A stretch of DNA of 64,000 nt from Massalongia carnosa (Eukaryota). How positions within the stretch are numbered: position 1 is the stretch's first letter; every line of letters starts with the position of its first letter. This document shows, in pieces, positions 38,076 through 51,319 of the stretch. Location of the stretch: the NCBI GenBank assembly GCA_965645245.1, contig OZ287082.1:434001-498000 (forward strand). The letters are read 5' to 3'. The translations under genes and the position numbers were made by a program. Below the pieces are notes generated by a model. It saw nothing but the letters and a program-made list of their open reading frames with translations. It was not told where the DNA came from and searched no databases.

Positions 38076-41000
38076 TCAACCTGGTGCGAAATTCCACCGT
38101 GGTTTGCTAGGATAGCGCAAATAGAAATCCTCCACTACCTCCTTAGCATTTTCAAATCCATTAGCATCGTACCAATCTGGATCTTCCGGATGGTCCTTCC
38201 ATTTGACTCGAAATTGCACCTTTCCTCTTCGCCTTCTGGCATCCAGCACGTCATCAACTTCCCATTCTTCCTTACCTTCTATCACTACCGGAGGGGCTGG
38301 ATCATTGATCTGCCCTGGTAATGGATCCTCCGCGGCCTTTCTCAATAGACTAGTGTGGAATACATTATGAATTTTCATCGATTCGGGCAGAGCAAGCCTG
38401 AACGATGACCCAATCATCTTGTCTATTCGGTACGGTCCGATCATCTTGTGGTCCAGTTTCTTCGAAGTTCTCTCGGTATGGATATTTTTCGTTGACAACC
38501 AAACCATATCGCCCTCTTCATAGCTGACCTCCTTTCGATTCTGATTAGCCACCCTTTGCTGTCTATCCTGGGACTTCTTCATGTTTTCGTGAACGAACTC
38601 CCAGGTTTTCTTCATCCTTTCGGTGATATTTTGGGCACGTTCCTTAGCTAACCTTTCTCGAGTAGTATCTGCAGATAGATCAACCACATCGAAACTCATC
38701 CTTGGTTCATATCCCTTTGTGGCCATAAACGGTGTCAACTTGGTGGAGGCCGATTCGCAAGCATTGGCCGCAAACTCCGCCATCGGTAGTAGCATCACCC
38801 AATCATCCTGGAAATAGTTTACATAGCTGCGCAGGTGTCGCTCCATTTCCTGATTGGCTATCTCGCTTTGGCCATCGGTTTCCGGATGAAATGCTGTGGA
38901 GAGTTTGGCCGTTATACCCAGTATTTTGCACATCGTTTTCCAGACCGTCGATACAAACTGCGGTCCCCGATCGGATACTATGCTACTGGGCAACCCATGG
39001 TATTTCCAGACGTTATTGATCAACAACTTCGCCATTGCTTCGCTCGTGGTTCCATGTTCCTCGGTAGTGCATGGTATGTAATGCCTTTCCTTCGATAATC
39101 GATCTACCACCATAAGAATCGCATTGAATCCTTCGCCCGACAGTGGAAGGCCCGTTACGAAGTCTAGTGATATATCCTGCCATGGTTGTTCGGGTATAGA
39201 TAATGGCCTCAACAAACCATTGTACTTATCTCTAGGTGCTTTCGCGCGTCTGCACACATGACAATTCCGTACATACCGTTTGATATCCGCTTCCATTTTG
39301 GGCCAGTAGTAATTCCGAGTTATCATCTCCAAGGTTCGAGCGACGCCAGGGTGCCCTACAGCTGGCTGATCATGAATCTGACGGATTACCTCCAGTTTCA
39401 ATTCATCCTGTGGGGGCACCCATAGCTTATTCCGCTTGTATAGCAAGCCGTCCTTGACCTGACAGTCTTTTAACGCCGGCGAGTTTTCCGAGTCTGAATC
39501 AAGTCCAGTGCTTGCAGCACTCAATGCCTGACGCATATTATTGCAATCCTCATCTGTGAAATTGCCCTGCCTTACCTTTTCTTCCAAGGTCTGAACAGTC
39601 TCTTCCGTTTCTGTCTCGATGGGCGCCAGTTCGATGCGATTGCGGGGCAACAGAGTCTGTAGCTGATGCTGTTGGCGTTCGTCCTTCTCATCCTTGGGTT
39701 TATCATTGGGTCTCCGGGTTAGAGCATCAGCCTTTTCATTATTTTTACCCGTTTGATAAACGATGACGAAGTTGAACTCAGATAGGAATTCCGCCCATCT
39801 AGCCTGTCGACGGGTCAACTTTTTGGTAGTCATGAAAAATTCCAAACTCTTGTGATCGGTGAAGACCTTTATAGGTATTTCTGTGCCTTCCAATTCTGGT
39901 CTCCATTGTTCAAAGCATCGAATGATAGCTAACAGTTCTTTATCGTAGATCTCGTAATTGCACTCGGCCGGGCTCATGTTCTTTGAGAAGAAGGCTACCG
40001 GATGCAACTCGTCATCCTCACCCATTTGGGACAGAATACCCCCACTGACATAATCCGAAGAGTCTGTTTCTAACCAACACTGTAGTTTTGGATCGAAATG
40101 AGCAAGAACAGGTGCTTCCACCACTCGATCCTTCAGGTCCTGGAACCCCTGAGCGCAAGCTTCGGTCCATTCGAAGATTCTATCCTTCTTGGCCAGTGCA
40201 TTTAATGGTCCAGCTAGTTTGGAAAAGCCTCGAATGAAGCGCCGATAGAAGTTGCAAAAACCTATAAATGATCGCACCTCGCGAAGACAGGTAGGAACGC
40301 TCCATTCCATGATAGCCTTTATCTTTTCCGGGTCCATCTTGATACCATCCGTGCTGATGATCAGGCCCAAATACTTCGTTTCAGTGACGTGGAATTCACA
40401 CTTATCCACATCGGCTTGAATGCCTGCCTCTCTTAACTTGGTGAGCACTCCCCTTACATGCTGACGGTGTTGTTTCAGATTTCTGCTATAAATCAGAATG
40501 TCATCCAGATAGGCCGTACAAAATTTGTCTAAGTATTCAAAGAGGACATCATTAATGAAGTGCTGCCACGAAGCCGGTCCTCCAGTCAATCCAAATGGTA
40601 ACACCTTGTATTTATAGGCCCCAAACCGTGAGTTGAAGGTGGTGAGGTCCTCCGACGCAGCCTCCATCCGAAGTTTATGAAAGGCCTGACGAATATCTAT
40701 TTTGGAGAATATTTTAGCCTCTTTCAACTGAGCCAACGTTTCCTCGATCAAAGGTATTGGATAACGATCCTTTTTAGTGATCTGATTCAGCCTTCGGTAA
40801 TCTACGCAGAACCGTAATCCACCACTAGGCTTTTTCGCTAACAGAATGGGCGATGAGCATGCGGCATGGCTTGCTTCGATAAAGCCTTTCCTGAGATTGT
40901 CTTCTAGATATTTCTTGACAAACTCCAGTTCTTTCTGGGACATGCTCCGAAGAGGACTATATCCATGATCTTTACCCCCTTCGAGCAGTATCTTGTGCTC

Positions 41001-41888
41001 ATGCAATCTATAGGGTGACAACGTATCAGAATCTATCTTCGAAAACACGTCCAAAAACTCGTGATACTCCGGCGGCACTACCAACTTTGGATCAGTAGGA
41101 GGCCTCGACTCCTTATTCAACTGATCGTCTATGTCCTTCATCGAGATCGCATAGACTTTTACCGCCTTACAGTGAGTAAGATATCGGTAGGAGTCTGCAC
41201 CAATGATGGCTACATCAACCGGTTTAGATGGTTTCGGATCGATCCTCGGAACTTCCTTTGGGATTGGAGTAGCCTCCGGTTTATCTTCCATGATAGATCG
41301 ACGCAATATCTTTCGGGGTGAGATCACTATAGTCAACTCCTCATCCGTCGATTTTTTATTGATCGTTTCCAGTTTCCTAGGAGGTTCTATCAACTTAGGA
41401 GCACCCGGGTGGGTGCAGTGTCCAGGCCAGAACATGATTTTATCGCAACTCATGTCCAGAATGACTCCATGCTTTCGCATCCATGGTTTTCCTAGTATCA
41501 TTTTATGCTGCCCCAGCTGTGTAATCAACAGAGGCGAGATTGTTTCCCTATGATTCTGCACGGTGAGGGTAGGATAGATGGCGTGGGTGATAGGTTTACC
41601 CAAGCGGCCATCGAAACCTCTCACCGGCTTCGGTTTCGTCAATCGCTGCGGTGATAGTTGCAGTCGTTCACAAATCGTGCGCACCATCTTTTCATCAATA
41701 AAAGCATGTCCTGTAGCACCAGTGTCTAACAGAGTAACAAGCTCTATTTCTTCCTGATTGCCTAGTTTACATGAAGTAACAAGAGGTTCATCGGTAAACA
41801 AATCACCAGGCAAACAAGAGGATGAGATCAAAAGAGGTTTATCATAGTCATCTACACTCGCGTCTTCGAGGGAGATCAGTCTTTTTTT
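38076..41888 (-). CDS. gypsy 2 pol (PR-RT-RH-IN-chromodomain), open; reached by -1 frameshift
   Basis: LLDTGATG, YLDD, integrase HHCC/DDE, EEWEVDDVLDARRRRGKVQFRVKW. Confidence 0.93.
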   Translation of the reverse strand, partial: KKRLISLEDASVDDYDKPLLISSSCLPGDLFTDEPLVTSCKLGNQEEIELVTLLDTGATGHAFIDEKMVRTICERLQLSPQRLTKPKPVRGFDGRLGKPITHAIYPTLTVQNHRETISPLLITQLGQHKMILGKPWMRKHGVILDMSCDKIMFWPGHCTHPGAPKLIEPPRKLETINKKSTDEELTIVISPRKILRRSIMEDKPEATPIPKEVPRIDPKPSKPVDVAIIGADSYRYLTHCKAVKVYAISMKDIDDQLNKESRPPTDPKLVVPPEYHEFLDVFSKIDSDTLSPYRLHEHKILLEGGKDHGYSPLRSMSQKELEFVKKYLEDNLRKGFIEASHAACSSPILLAKKPSGGLRFCVDYRRLNQITKKDRYPIPLIEETLAQLKEAKIFSKIDIRQAFHKLRMEAASEDLTTFNSRFGAYKYKVLPFGLTGGPASWQHFINDVLFEYLDKFCTAYLDDILIYSRNLKQHRQHVRGVLTKLREAGIQADVDKCEFHVTETKYLGLIISTDGIKMDPEKIKAIMEWSVPTCLREVRSFIGFCNFYRRFIRGFSKLAGPLNALAKKDRIFEWTEACAQGFQDLKDRVVEAPVLAHFDPKLQCWLETDSSDYVSGGILSQMGEDDELHPVAFFSKNMSPAECNYEIYDKELLAIIRCFEQWRPELEGTEIPIKVFTDHKSLEFFMTTKKLTRRQARWAEFLSEFNFVIVYQTGKNNEKADALTRRPNDKPKDEKDERQQHQLQTLLPRNRIELAPIETETEETVQTLEEKVRQGNFTDEDCNNMRQALSAASTGLDSDSENSPALKDCQVKDGLLYKRNKLWVPPQDELKLEVIRQIHDQPAVGHPGVARTLEMITRNYYWPKMEADIKRYVRNCHVCRRAKAPRDKYNGLLRPLSIPEQPWQDISLDFVTGLPLSGEGFNAILMVVDRLSKERHYIPCTTEEHGTTSEAMAKLLINNVWKYHGLPSSIVSDRGPQFVSTVWKTMCKILGITAKLSTAFHPETDGQSEIANQEMERHLRSYVNYFQDDWVMLLPMAEFAANACESASTKLTPFMATKGYEPRMSFDVVDLSADTTRERLAKERAQNITERMKKTWEFVHENMKKSQDRQQRVANQNRKEVSYEEGDMVWLSTKNIHTERTSKKLDHKMIGPYRIDKMIGSSFRLALPESMKIHNVFHTSLLRKAAEDPLPGQINDPAPPVVIEGKEEWEVDDVLDARRRRGKVQFRVKWKDHPEDPDWYDANGFENAKEVVEDFYLRYPSKPRWNFAPG

Positions 41889-43153
41889 GACTTCGGCTCA
41901 ACATCTAACTCGTTAATGATGGCTGTCATCTTTGATTTCTTTTTAGGACAGTCCCTTGAGGGATGTCCGACCTCCTTGCAATTGAAGCACTTCCCTTCCC
42001 TGCTCAACCGCTCCCGTTCCGACTCCGATAGATAGGATCCTACGGTCCAGGACGACAAGGTCGATGGCGATGAAGGGGCACGAGACTCGGTGCGAGCATT
42101 TGGTGCCACATAGGTTTTGCTTTCGGTGGTAGCGGTAGGGGTGTTCGCCGGGACCACTACACTGGTTGGTTTTTTTCCTTCGGCAAAGCGTTCCATCCTA
42201 GCCTTGCTACGATCCACATCCTTCAGAGCCTGATACATGCGCTAGCAACGCTGAGCGAACGCATATAGGTCGGTTGGTTCGTGATCGCCGGTGGCTAGCT
42301 GACGGCGCATATCTAGGTTGAGCTTGTGTTTCAACTCACCGATTAGGGTAGCCTCATTGTGATCCAACTCGGCGGCCAAACGCTGAAACTCCGCCCAAAA
42401 GGTATTGAAGTCCTTTTGACCCTGTCGCAGAGAACGGAATAGGTTCATGGCAGTCTGTTTGCGGTTCGGATCTCCATAAATTCGTTCCAAATGATCAAAC
42501 ATTTCCTCTGCAGTAAGAAAAGGTTTGATAGCATTTTTTCGGAGACGAGGTTCCAAATGGCCCATAGCCTCTCCGCCGACTCGGTTTTCCACATAGGCCT
42601 TTTTAAATAGCTCGGTAGGCATATGGTCTTCATTAGCTGCTAATTTGCTGCGCATTTTAGTCAACCAATGATCGATACTCGGTTCTTTTCCATCGATAAA
42701 AACCGGTGGGTCGGGAAGTTTCATCGACTTCCATAAAGATTCTTCGCTCTGATTGGATCGTGCAGGGGAGCCCTGCAGGTCATGTGGAGGTGGAAATGGT
42801 GGTGGTGCATTACTCCCTGCAGGTGCAGTAGCTGCGGCCATCCGCCGAGCCTCTTCAAGTTCTTCCTTCTGGTATTCAATCATACCTGCTTGGCGATTGA
42901 TTTTGATCTGACTATCTTCTAAACTAAGCACAAGCTTATTATGTTCCACCACGACCTCCTCATAGTCTGACTTCATGTCTCGTATTATAGCCAAAACTGT
43001 TTCTGCATCCTCCTGCACCCAGTGCCGAAGATGTTGTACTGTTTCTATCCTCCATGGTGAGTCAGCCCCGGGGCCTTCTTCACCGATGTCTATGGGCGGG
43101 ATGAGAGACTCCCGTTGATAGTAGGTGGGTGTTTCGTTCGCGGATCTAGCCAT
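41876..43153 (-). pseudogene. gypsy 2 gag with in-frame TAG at 42242-42244
   Basis: QRC*RMYQ; knuckle CFNCKEVGHPSRDC. Confidence 0.85.
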
Positions 43154-43857
43154 TTCTATCGCTCTTCCTTACTCGGCTCTGTTGAGTATAGTCCAGTTTC
43201 GTTCGTGATCGGATTGTTATCGGATCTACTATCATATGCTGAGGATAGTCCTAGGATTTCGGATCTGGTTCGTGTTTCGGGTGCTGACTGACTGACGGAC
43301 TGACATACAGTTGGGTGGATTGTTTTATATCCTCCACAAGGGATAGCAAGATTTAGAGTGATCTTACTAGTTGTGTAGCACGTCGACCTAGATAGAAATC
43401 TAATAGGGACTATGTACGAAAACTAGTAAGATGAAGAAAGAAAGCTATGTACAGATCGCCGGTTAATAAACACTCATACCCGTGCTAAGCCTAATGCAGG
43501 TTTTCATCACTGTCGTTGAACTGCTCATACCACGCGTGTTAATAATGTCGCTACAAGCAGTGCTAAATCCGTTTTCGGTTAGATAAGGTGAATAGCACTA
43601 CGTCATTTGCTGCCTGAGGTTAGAGCGTTGTAATCCGTGACACCATGAGTATGATGGTTAATGAACGAGAACAGTGAGTAGATTTTCAAGTGATTATAAC
43701 GTCGGATCGGATAAATCTCGGTCTTAAAATAACCCGGGCCGAGGCCTGGTTTCTAAATTTAGCATATACACGCATGTGACGCGCTCGAAAGCATATTGAA
43801 ATGAGCGTTGTAAAATTGAGAAGTAACTAAGAAAGTATATCTAGACTTCGCCTATTT

Positions 43858-45022
43858 CTATTCATCATAATAATCATCTTCCTCAGAGTCTGCATTGCCA
43901 GTCTCTCTACTGTTTGAATTCACCACATTTACAAACTTAGGGGCGGAGCCATACTTCTTTCCGTTTAGCACAGAGGTATAGGTTTTCTTTGCAGGGCGAA
44001 CTATCTTGCCCTTTTTAAGTTCAGCAGGCTTTTCCTTCACAATCATAGTATGAAGAGGCAAGTATGATGGAGCGTGGCTACGGCCAGTGCCATGCTCTTC
44101 GGGTTCTGTTGCGATGATCAAGAGCATAATCCAAGCGCCAAACCCGGTAAGACCTCTTCGCTTCGTCGCCCACGGGAAGACTGCCATCTCAACTCCAGAA
44201 GCATCTTCTGGCGCAAATGAGTCAAGGCTCATGCTTGAAAATGCCTCACTGACACCGGAATGTCCCGAAAGACGTTGTGTCCCGGGTAATGGCGCTGCAG
44301 CACGTTGCGGGAGGGCCCGGCGGCTCTGGGGTCTTGAATTGGTACCTTCAAAGGAGACCCTCATCACTACTATCTCGCGCTCGTTGACGATAAAGGCATA
44401 TCGAGATTTGGCCAGTCTTGCGTAATGAGCCCCCTGGCGGAAAGGCGGCAAGTTATCTTTCTTCTCTTGAGCGTTCCCATTCCAAATGAAGTCGGGATAA
44501 AACTTGTTTCCAGACTTCGTATCCCCCGGACTGTGGCAAACCCGGCGAATTAAGTTACCGTTTTGTAAGGCCGTACAAGTCCAGTCTGGTGAGTTCGACA
44601 GGGAGACCTTAAGCAAAGTAAGCTTTGTACAACATCGGGGAAAAGTGGACTATTACATTAGATCTAAGGTCACAGAGACTATCTGCTCCAAGCCAGATCT
44701 CTCGGCCCAGTGTGGACTTGAGATTCTCGAAGAGTTGCCCTATACTGACTTGGAAAACTGCAGCAAGGAGGTTTTCAATCGAGTCCTCAGCGGTGACGTA
44801 CGTCATCTGGTTTGGAGGTTTCTTGAGAGATGAACAATCTACAGATGAGTTCCAGAGGTAACCATAAAGATATTCGAACGTCTGTACATTGAACTCTTCC
44901 CAATCCATCACATCAGCAGCCGTAACGTCAGGCCAATCTTTGTGCCAGGAGTTTCCAGTATCATTTCCCAAGTTCTGAATTTTTGGAAGGGCTGCTTGGG
45001 CGATGAATTCGTTGAACTTCAT
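43858..45022 (-). CDS. hypothetical protein with PD-(D/E)xK-like motif (two ORF pieces; intron or frameshift)
   Basis: PDW...PGDTK...Q..HYARLAKSRYAFIVNEREIVVMRV. Confidence 0.55.
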
Positions 45023-45133
45023 CTTTCGCGCGCCGTCGGATGTAGAAGTTGAAATGCTGATATCATCAGTTCATCAAACTACAAGTTCCATTTGATAAAG
45101 GATTACCTTAGGATGTCTAAGACAGGTACTATC

Positions 45134-45773
45134 CACCACAGAACGCATCAAGGAACGCTGGGACTCCAAATGGAAGACGTACCAGAACCGCATTCCCCGC
45201 CCGACAGAGGCACAGTTGGGATCTCTCAGTAGGACGAGACTGAAGATTCACAACAACCTGATGAAAGCGGAAAGCGCGCTAACCACGCAAATCCGCACCG
45301 AAAAAATAGGCTTGGCAAACTTCCTGTTCAATCGTCGGGTACCGGGCGTTATGACCCCGGCCTGCTCGTGCGGATGGCAGAAGCAGACAGCCAAACACAT
45401 CATTCTACATTGCAGGCTAATCGACGGCAGATACGAAGTGCTAAATCAAATAGGCACCAACGACTATCGAACGATCATGAGCTCGTCGAAAATGTTGAAA
45501 AAACTAACCACATGGATAATAAAAGCAAATTTGCTGACCCAATTTTCACTAGCATCGCAACTGTTATACGAGTGATAACTCTCATTTTGTCAAGGATTTC
45601 ACAGAACATCGAGCGAAGAATGCAGTCCAGAAACGGAACACGTTTGGAATAATGGCGCAGTCTGCATGGTTTTTATCCCTTTAAAAGGTTTTCCCTGTAA
45701 GAATAAGTAGATAGCCCGCATGGGCCGGCCTTCGGCCGGTGTCAGATCGGTACAAGAATCAATCATCATCATC
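45134..45773 (+). mobile_element. 5'-truncated LINE of a second family with (ATC)n tail
   Basis: 15-bp TSD aagacaggtactatc (45119-45133, 45774-45788); ORF2 end QIRTEKIGL..CSCG..QTAKHIILHC; ccggccTTCGgccgg hairpin before the tail. Confidence 0.9.
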
Positions 45774-47182
45774 AAGACAGGTACTATCAAGTTGAAACAT
45801 CTTAATAAACAGAAACAGAAGTGTACTTATATGGGCAAGTGGCTCAAATGGAGCCAGGGCAACATTGCCTGGAAATTGGAGGGTTGTGGTCGAGTCTGAT
45901 ACTGCGACCAAGCAACATTACGTCCCACGGCGATGCCGTTCGCATACACGGCGCAAAAGCTTATCATAGCTTCTGTACGGCGTTGTCGGGCTGCATCTTG
46001 TTGGAGGCATACAAATCCAAGAGTAGAATGTCGCAACCTATTTCCTGCATACACAAGACCCCGCAAACGATCCTAGCTTAAAATTTCGAGCCACTAAATC
46101 CTTGCACCCCATCCTGGGTTTTTCTTCATTTTCTTCTCGGCACCCAACTTTGGTTTTTGTGTCGGGATTTCTTTTTACCTATCTTGGGCTCTCCATATCT
46201 AAAATTTCCCTTCAAACCCATTTCTCAAAGCGGGGATAAAGGTATGTGTTTGCAGCGTTTGAGGCTTTCAAAGGGAATCAGGTATCAAGGTCACGTGATG
46301 TCATTGTTAATGCCTTACTATTTGCCCTGAACATCAGGCGAATATCGTCACATGTTCCAAACGTACCTCGGTTGCTAACTAAGACTTTGCGTAGCAGATG
46401 AAATAAATAGCTTACCTCGAAGTGTGAAGATGATGCTTAATCTTTGGTCCAGGCGCAAGCGCCTTCAGTAGTCGTGAGTTACGCAGAACAACGTGCGCTG
46501 CGCAAAGGGAACTGAAATCTGAGGGACCCGCTAGCTGCATAGCATATCTACCTGTTCCTGCGTAAAATGGCAGATGCCATTCGAGCGCTATGAGAAACCT
46601 CCAGAACTCCCTCTAGAACTCCCTCCAGAACTCCAGACACCATTATCCAATGCTCCCTTCAGAACTTCCTCCTCAGAACTCCTCCTTCAGCCGTCGTCAG
46701 ACGCCAACAATCCTTTTCATATTATACAGTACCCGCTTGACCTGGGAACGTGGGACTTGGTTGGATTAATCACGTGGGCTCAAAATGACCGTTTTTAGTT
46801 TAGGCTTTCCCACGTCGACCGCGCTATGATGAGGGGGGTGCACAGCCACAATAAATCACATGATATAGAGTGGCTAGCCGAAATATCCCGGCATACAGTG
46901 GACGGCTGACGAGATACCCAACTTTTCTTTTCTACGTCCCAAGTCGCCATCCCCGCACCCACCCTTTTGCTGACCCGATCCCAGCTTGATTTCTACCTTA
47001 CCCTCCAAGGGCTAGTCTCAGATGCAGGTTACTGTGTCGTCAGTGATGGTTGCCGCCAGGATATATCTTGCTAACACTCTAGCGTGTACTCATTACCCTC
47101 GTCCTGTCCATAGCTCGAATCCACACTGTCCGTCGGCGGCAATACAAAACAACTTCCCACCCCACCCTCATTCACCTTCCCT

Positions 47183-48818
47183 ATGGCCACTTTTGCTAAA
47201 AAGAGGCGGTACACCGAAGCAGAACTTTCGCAAGACGATCCTCATTCACCACCTTCAAAGAGATTCAAACCGCCGCCGGCCTTCTGGGACAACTTGTCCA
47301 AGATCCCATTGACACGCTCGGCGCTAGAGGAGCTAAAACGAAGGTACACTGGTCGGTCTTGTATACAGCTCAAAGTCAAGAAGCCACGTACTCGAAGCGC
47401 TGTTCGCGAGTTTAAGCAGAAAGCTCAACCCATCGTACCTGTTTTTAAGTATCTGCTAAAGGCTCCTCAAGCGGGTATAACTCAGCTCAAATCCTTCGCT
47501 AGACAAGGTGGCCCAGACTTGACCAACCTGAGAGGGGTATGTAATATCTGGTATTATTAATTAGCGTCTGTTACTAAACTCTCTCTAGTTTTCCAGGCAT
47601 ACCATGAGTTCAAGTCGGTCTGGTTCAAAACGGCGAAGGTCAACGGATCCTAGTTCGGCGACTAGCAAGAGTAGGAAATCTACAACACCTTATGATCGTG
47701 GGTTTGAACAGAATCTGATCGATCATGGTGTGTACTTGGACAACAGAGCACGAACGCCTGAGAACTGGGAGGAAATAAAAGAGAGATTAGCAATTCCAAG
47801 ATCCTCACTCTCACCCTCTAAATTCTCCGAGACCGCATTTAAGGCATTTCGGGCAAGCGATTTCCGAGCGAAGGATGAAGACGATGTAATGATTGATATC
47901 GTTCCAGTTATCTCTGGTATACACCAGGACAATCACTTCTCAGCAAGAAAAACAAAGTTTGGAAACTTAGATCCACTCACAGATGGCACTATAGCCCCTG
48001 CTAATCCGGATCTCTTCTATGGTACTCGCCCTGAACAGCTTGATCGGCGGATTCGCGACAAGCTTAGCGGCCATATCATTCCGTCGACAATGGAAGATAA
48101 ACCAATGGCGCCAAGTTTCTACTTTGAAGCGAAGGGGCCAGATGGATCTGCTGCAGTCGCAAGAAGACAGGCTTGCTATGATGGTGCTGTAGGAGCGAGG
48201 GGCTTGCAGAGTCTTCAGTCATACGGGCAAGACGAATCAATATACGATAACTGTGCTTATACCATTACCTCAACCTATCATGACGGCACACTTAAGATGT
48301 ACACTACCCATATTACCCCACCGGTAGGCCCTGGGAAGCCGCCAGAATATCAGATGACTCAGATCAATACTTGGGGCTTAACTGGTAACGCTGATACCTT
48401 CCGGCAAGGTGCTACAGTGTTCCGGAATGGCCGAGACTTAGCTAAGGAATGGCGCGAAGGATTCGTCTCAGCTGCAAATGAGAGAGTAGATTCTCTAAAC
48501 ACAGAGCCACTAGTTCTCGAATCGTCAAATCTCAGCCGTCCCTCAGACACTACAGACACACACCTCGCCGAAGAATCTGAGGCCTCGGCTGACGAGTCTG
48601 CTTCCAGTGCGTCCTCGCATCCCGTTAAGGAGGCTGAGACCGTATACACCTCATTCTCGCACCCCGATAGGGATGACATCTCGGCTGATGAGCTCGACCA
48701 TACCTCATACGTGATGGCTTCTTTCAAGCGTCCTGGCATGGGATCGAAGAAGACAGATTCCAAGGATCCGCGCTATGGTGCTGGCACATCTAGTCGGAGG
48801 CGTCAATCCAAGAAATAA
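47183..48818 (+). CDS. uncharacterised fungal protein with restriction-endonuclease-like motif; intron 47537-47588
   Basis: GTATGT..CTAAA..TAG intron joins the two ORFs in frame; PDLFYG...FEAKGPDGS..ARRQACYDGAVGARG. Confidence 0.75.
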
Positions 48819-50344
48819 ATTGGGATGATCGGATGGACTTGTCGAAAGAACTTATACTTGCTGCGAATAATAATTGCAGAACGGTGCTGACATGAACTGT
48901 AACTCAGCGCAATAGCATTGTTCACGTGCTCGTAAATGAAATCTATGTTTGGCTGTCCATGCTCGAGGCCACATGGAAACTTGGCTCGCCTAACGACCTT
49001 TTGTTATCAATCAAAGCCAACTTCAGCTCCTAACGACACTAGGGGACTCATACTGACCAAACTCTCAATCAATTACTTGGTGCCTTGAGTACGTGTCTAA
49101 AGATTTAATGTGCTTAGATTGGAGCTGTGTTGATTTTCTGGGTCTTTCAAGGGGTAAGGAGGGTTGCATACGCTAGATTTATCCTTAAAGGTTGGACAGG
49201 CAGTGAGTCATGCTACCCTGTATGCCCCAACTTACTTAGCCGTCAATGCACGCATTGAGCTGGATTGTGATTTCTTGTTGGTCAAACTTGCGGCAAGGTT
49301 TGTTTGACCCTAGAAGGTGTTCGCTGCTAAGAACGCCTGCGCGGGCGTGGAATGTAGGATTATCCCTAGCAGAAAATGGGGGGAGGGATGTGGGCTCTAT
49401 TTTCGAGAGTCTAAGCATCGAAGTTACGTTGATGTCAGTAGATAAGAAAGCTGTGGAGGGTCCGAGCCAACATAAGGGCCTATCCGGGCCGCAACCTGCC
49501 TGATAGAATGGTTAGTATCCTTTGGACCGATGCACTCCTTGGGAGCGTATCGGGTAAAGGCGGCTATTTCTTCGGAGACTAGGTTGCCAAGGGACGCGAT
49601 CTCAATCAACAAACAAGAGTTAATCTATCCCTTAAACTATAAGATGACTACCGAGTCTTTCATCAACATCTGCCTCTTCTCTCTCTCCAGCTTACAAGTT
49701 ATATGTAAGTGGAAGCTTCGGACTGATATACGTATCATCATACTAATACACGCTTTGTCTCCTCAGAAAACGAACTCAACCTATCGAACATTATGCAATC
49801 CAAAAACATCATGCTTATCAACTCTGTCGCCGCCGACCAACCTGACCAGATCTGTTATGATGAGGAAGGCGGCACCAGCCCCTGCCCAAAGTGTGGAGTC
49901 GAGATTACAAACACCCAGGAACGCCCTTTCTGCAAGTAATATCGTCTTAAGCTTGTAAGTTCCGCTCAATTCCTATATTTTCTACTACCTATACTCAGGG
50001 GAACAGGATCAAACATCTTCTATGGGAGGCTGGAAGACATTAAGTTGCAACTAGAGCGGTGCCTATATAGAGCTCGAGGGAGCTGTCTACTAGCTAGTAT
50101 AACTTATTTATTCAATTAACCTTTTATTACTATTGTTAATTTTCATCATACTCAAATTGACTACGACATTATCTACCAGGACTAGTGACTGTAATTATAT
50201 TTATGATTTGTCTGATGCCTCGCCTTCTAGTTTATCTCCTGCTTCATCTACCTCTGATAGTTCCATTAACAAAGATCTGGTATGCTTGGGCTTCGACTTC
50301 GACTCTCGCGTCATATCCTTGAAACTTCCATGTTCCTGAGTATA

Positions 50345-51055
50345 TCAGCCTTCGGTCTTTAAAGAGACAAGGGACCGTACCAGGAGAAATGCACGAATTA
50401 GAGGGCCATCAGTCAATTTCTTCATTTGTAGGCTGGAACCTGCTGGATCTTTGTAGAAAGGTGCCTCAAACCATTCTGGGAAATACCCCCCATACTCCCA
50501 ATCTATTATTGCAAGGATCTTCAGCGTCTGTGGATGGACAATGATATTGGATTGTGAAAGATCGTTGTGACAAAAAACGTAGTCTTTTGTTTTTGATGGC
50601 TTTGTTGTCCACTGTAGAAACTCCCAGGCGTTATTCAGAATTCGGGGCGGCGGACATACAATGCCGCTTGGGCCTCCCATGCGGTTGGACTTGAGGTCTC
50701 GTAACGCCTTCCGATGCTCTTCAACCTCCTCTATAACTTTACTTTGATCTTCAGGACATAGCTCTTGCATATCAAGTCCATCAATACGCTTCGTCCATAA
50801 GTAAAAGCATCCGTCTTTGGTATAAGTATCGAGGATCTCAGGTAAGGGAATATTCGTCGCCTGCCTAAGGAACTGGATTGTCGCAGCTTCATTTCGGAGT
50901 CTATTTTCGCAGTCATATGGAATATATACACGATCTTTAGATTGTGCATACTCGCTCGGCTTTAGGGTTCTTTTCAAGAAACGATCTTTGTAGCGTCTGT
51001 AGTGCTTGTCAGTGACAGTGAGCTGCCACTCTGGGCTGACATCCATAGCTTCCAT
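50345..51055 (-). CDS. APH/choline-kinase-like phosphotransferase
   Basis: NEAATIQFL..IPLP, CHNDLSQSNIIV, IIDWEYGG; the 3' end may be spliced. Confidence 0.85.
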   Translation of the reverse strand: MEAMDVSPEWQLTVTDKHYRRYKDRFLKRTLKPSEYAQSKDRVYIPYDCENRLRNEAATIQFLRQATNIPLPEILDTYTKDGCFYLWTKRIDGLDMQELCPEDQSKVIEEVEEHRKALRDLKSNRMGGPSGIVCPPPRILNNAWEFLQWTTKPSKTKDYVFCHNDLSQSNIIVHPQTLKILAIIDWEYGGYFPEWFEAPFYKDPAGSSLQMKKLTDGPLIRAFLLVRSLVSLKTEG

Positions 51056-51319
51056 GGAGTTGCGAGCTAGATAATCAGAGTGTGACGCATTGAATAGGCG
51101 TCAATAAGGGGGATGGCGCAGTCGTGGTGGTCGCGAGTAGCTACACGTGGATAAGGTCAGCCGGTATACGGCAACAATCATCAGGATTGCCCCGTTTGTA
51201 ATTTGCCTAAGGCCACTGTCCAGCTTGAGCCTCATGAGTAAAGTAAAATCACGTGCTCGGCTACCTCGATCCGAACATTTTCCCTGTTTGCATTCTCGTC
51301 TGTCGTTACAATCATTGCG

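Larger units (their letters stand above)
37725..43642 (-). mobile_element. complete Ty3/gypsy chromovirus 2
   Basis: 269-bp LTRs 37725-37993 and 43374-43642 (one C/T difference seen), TSD ccatg, PPT aaagaagggggtaa. Confidence 0.96.

Noticed and set aside
46598..46690. ctccagaact micro-repeats
   Set aside because: Short and low-complexity, with no supporting element structure.
49644..50070. Small spliced gene
   Set aside because: Intron-like signals are present, but no convincing continuous product.
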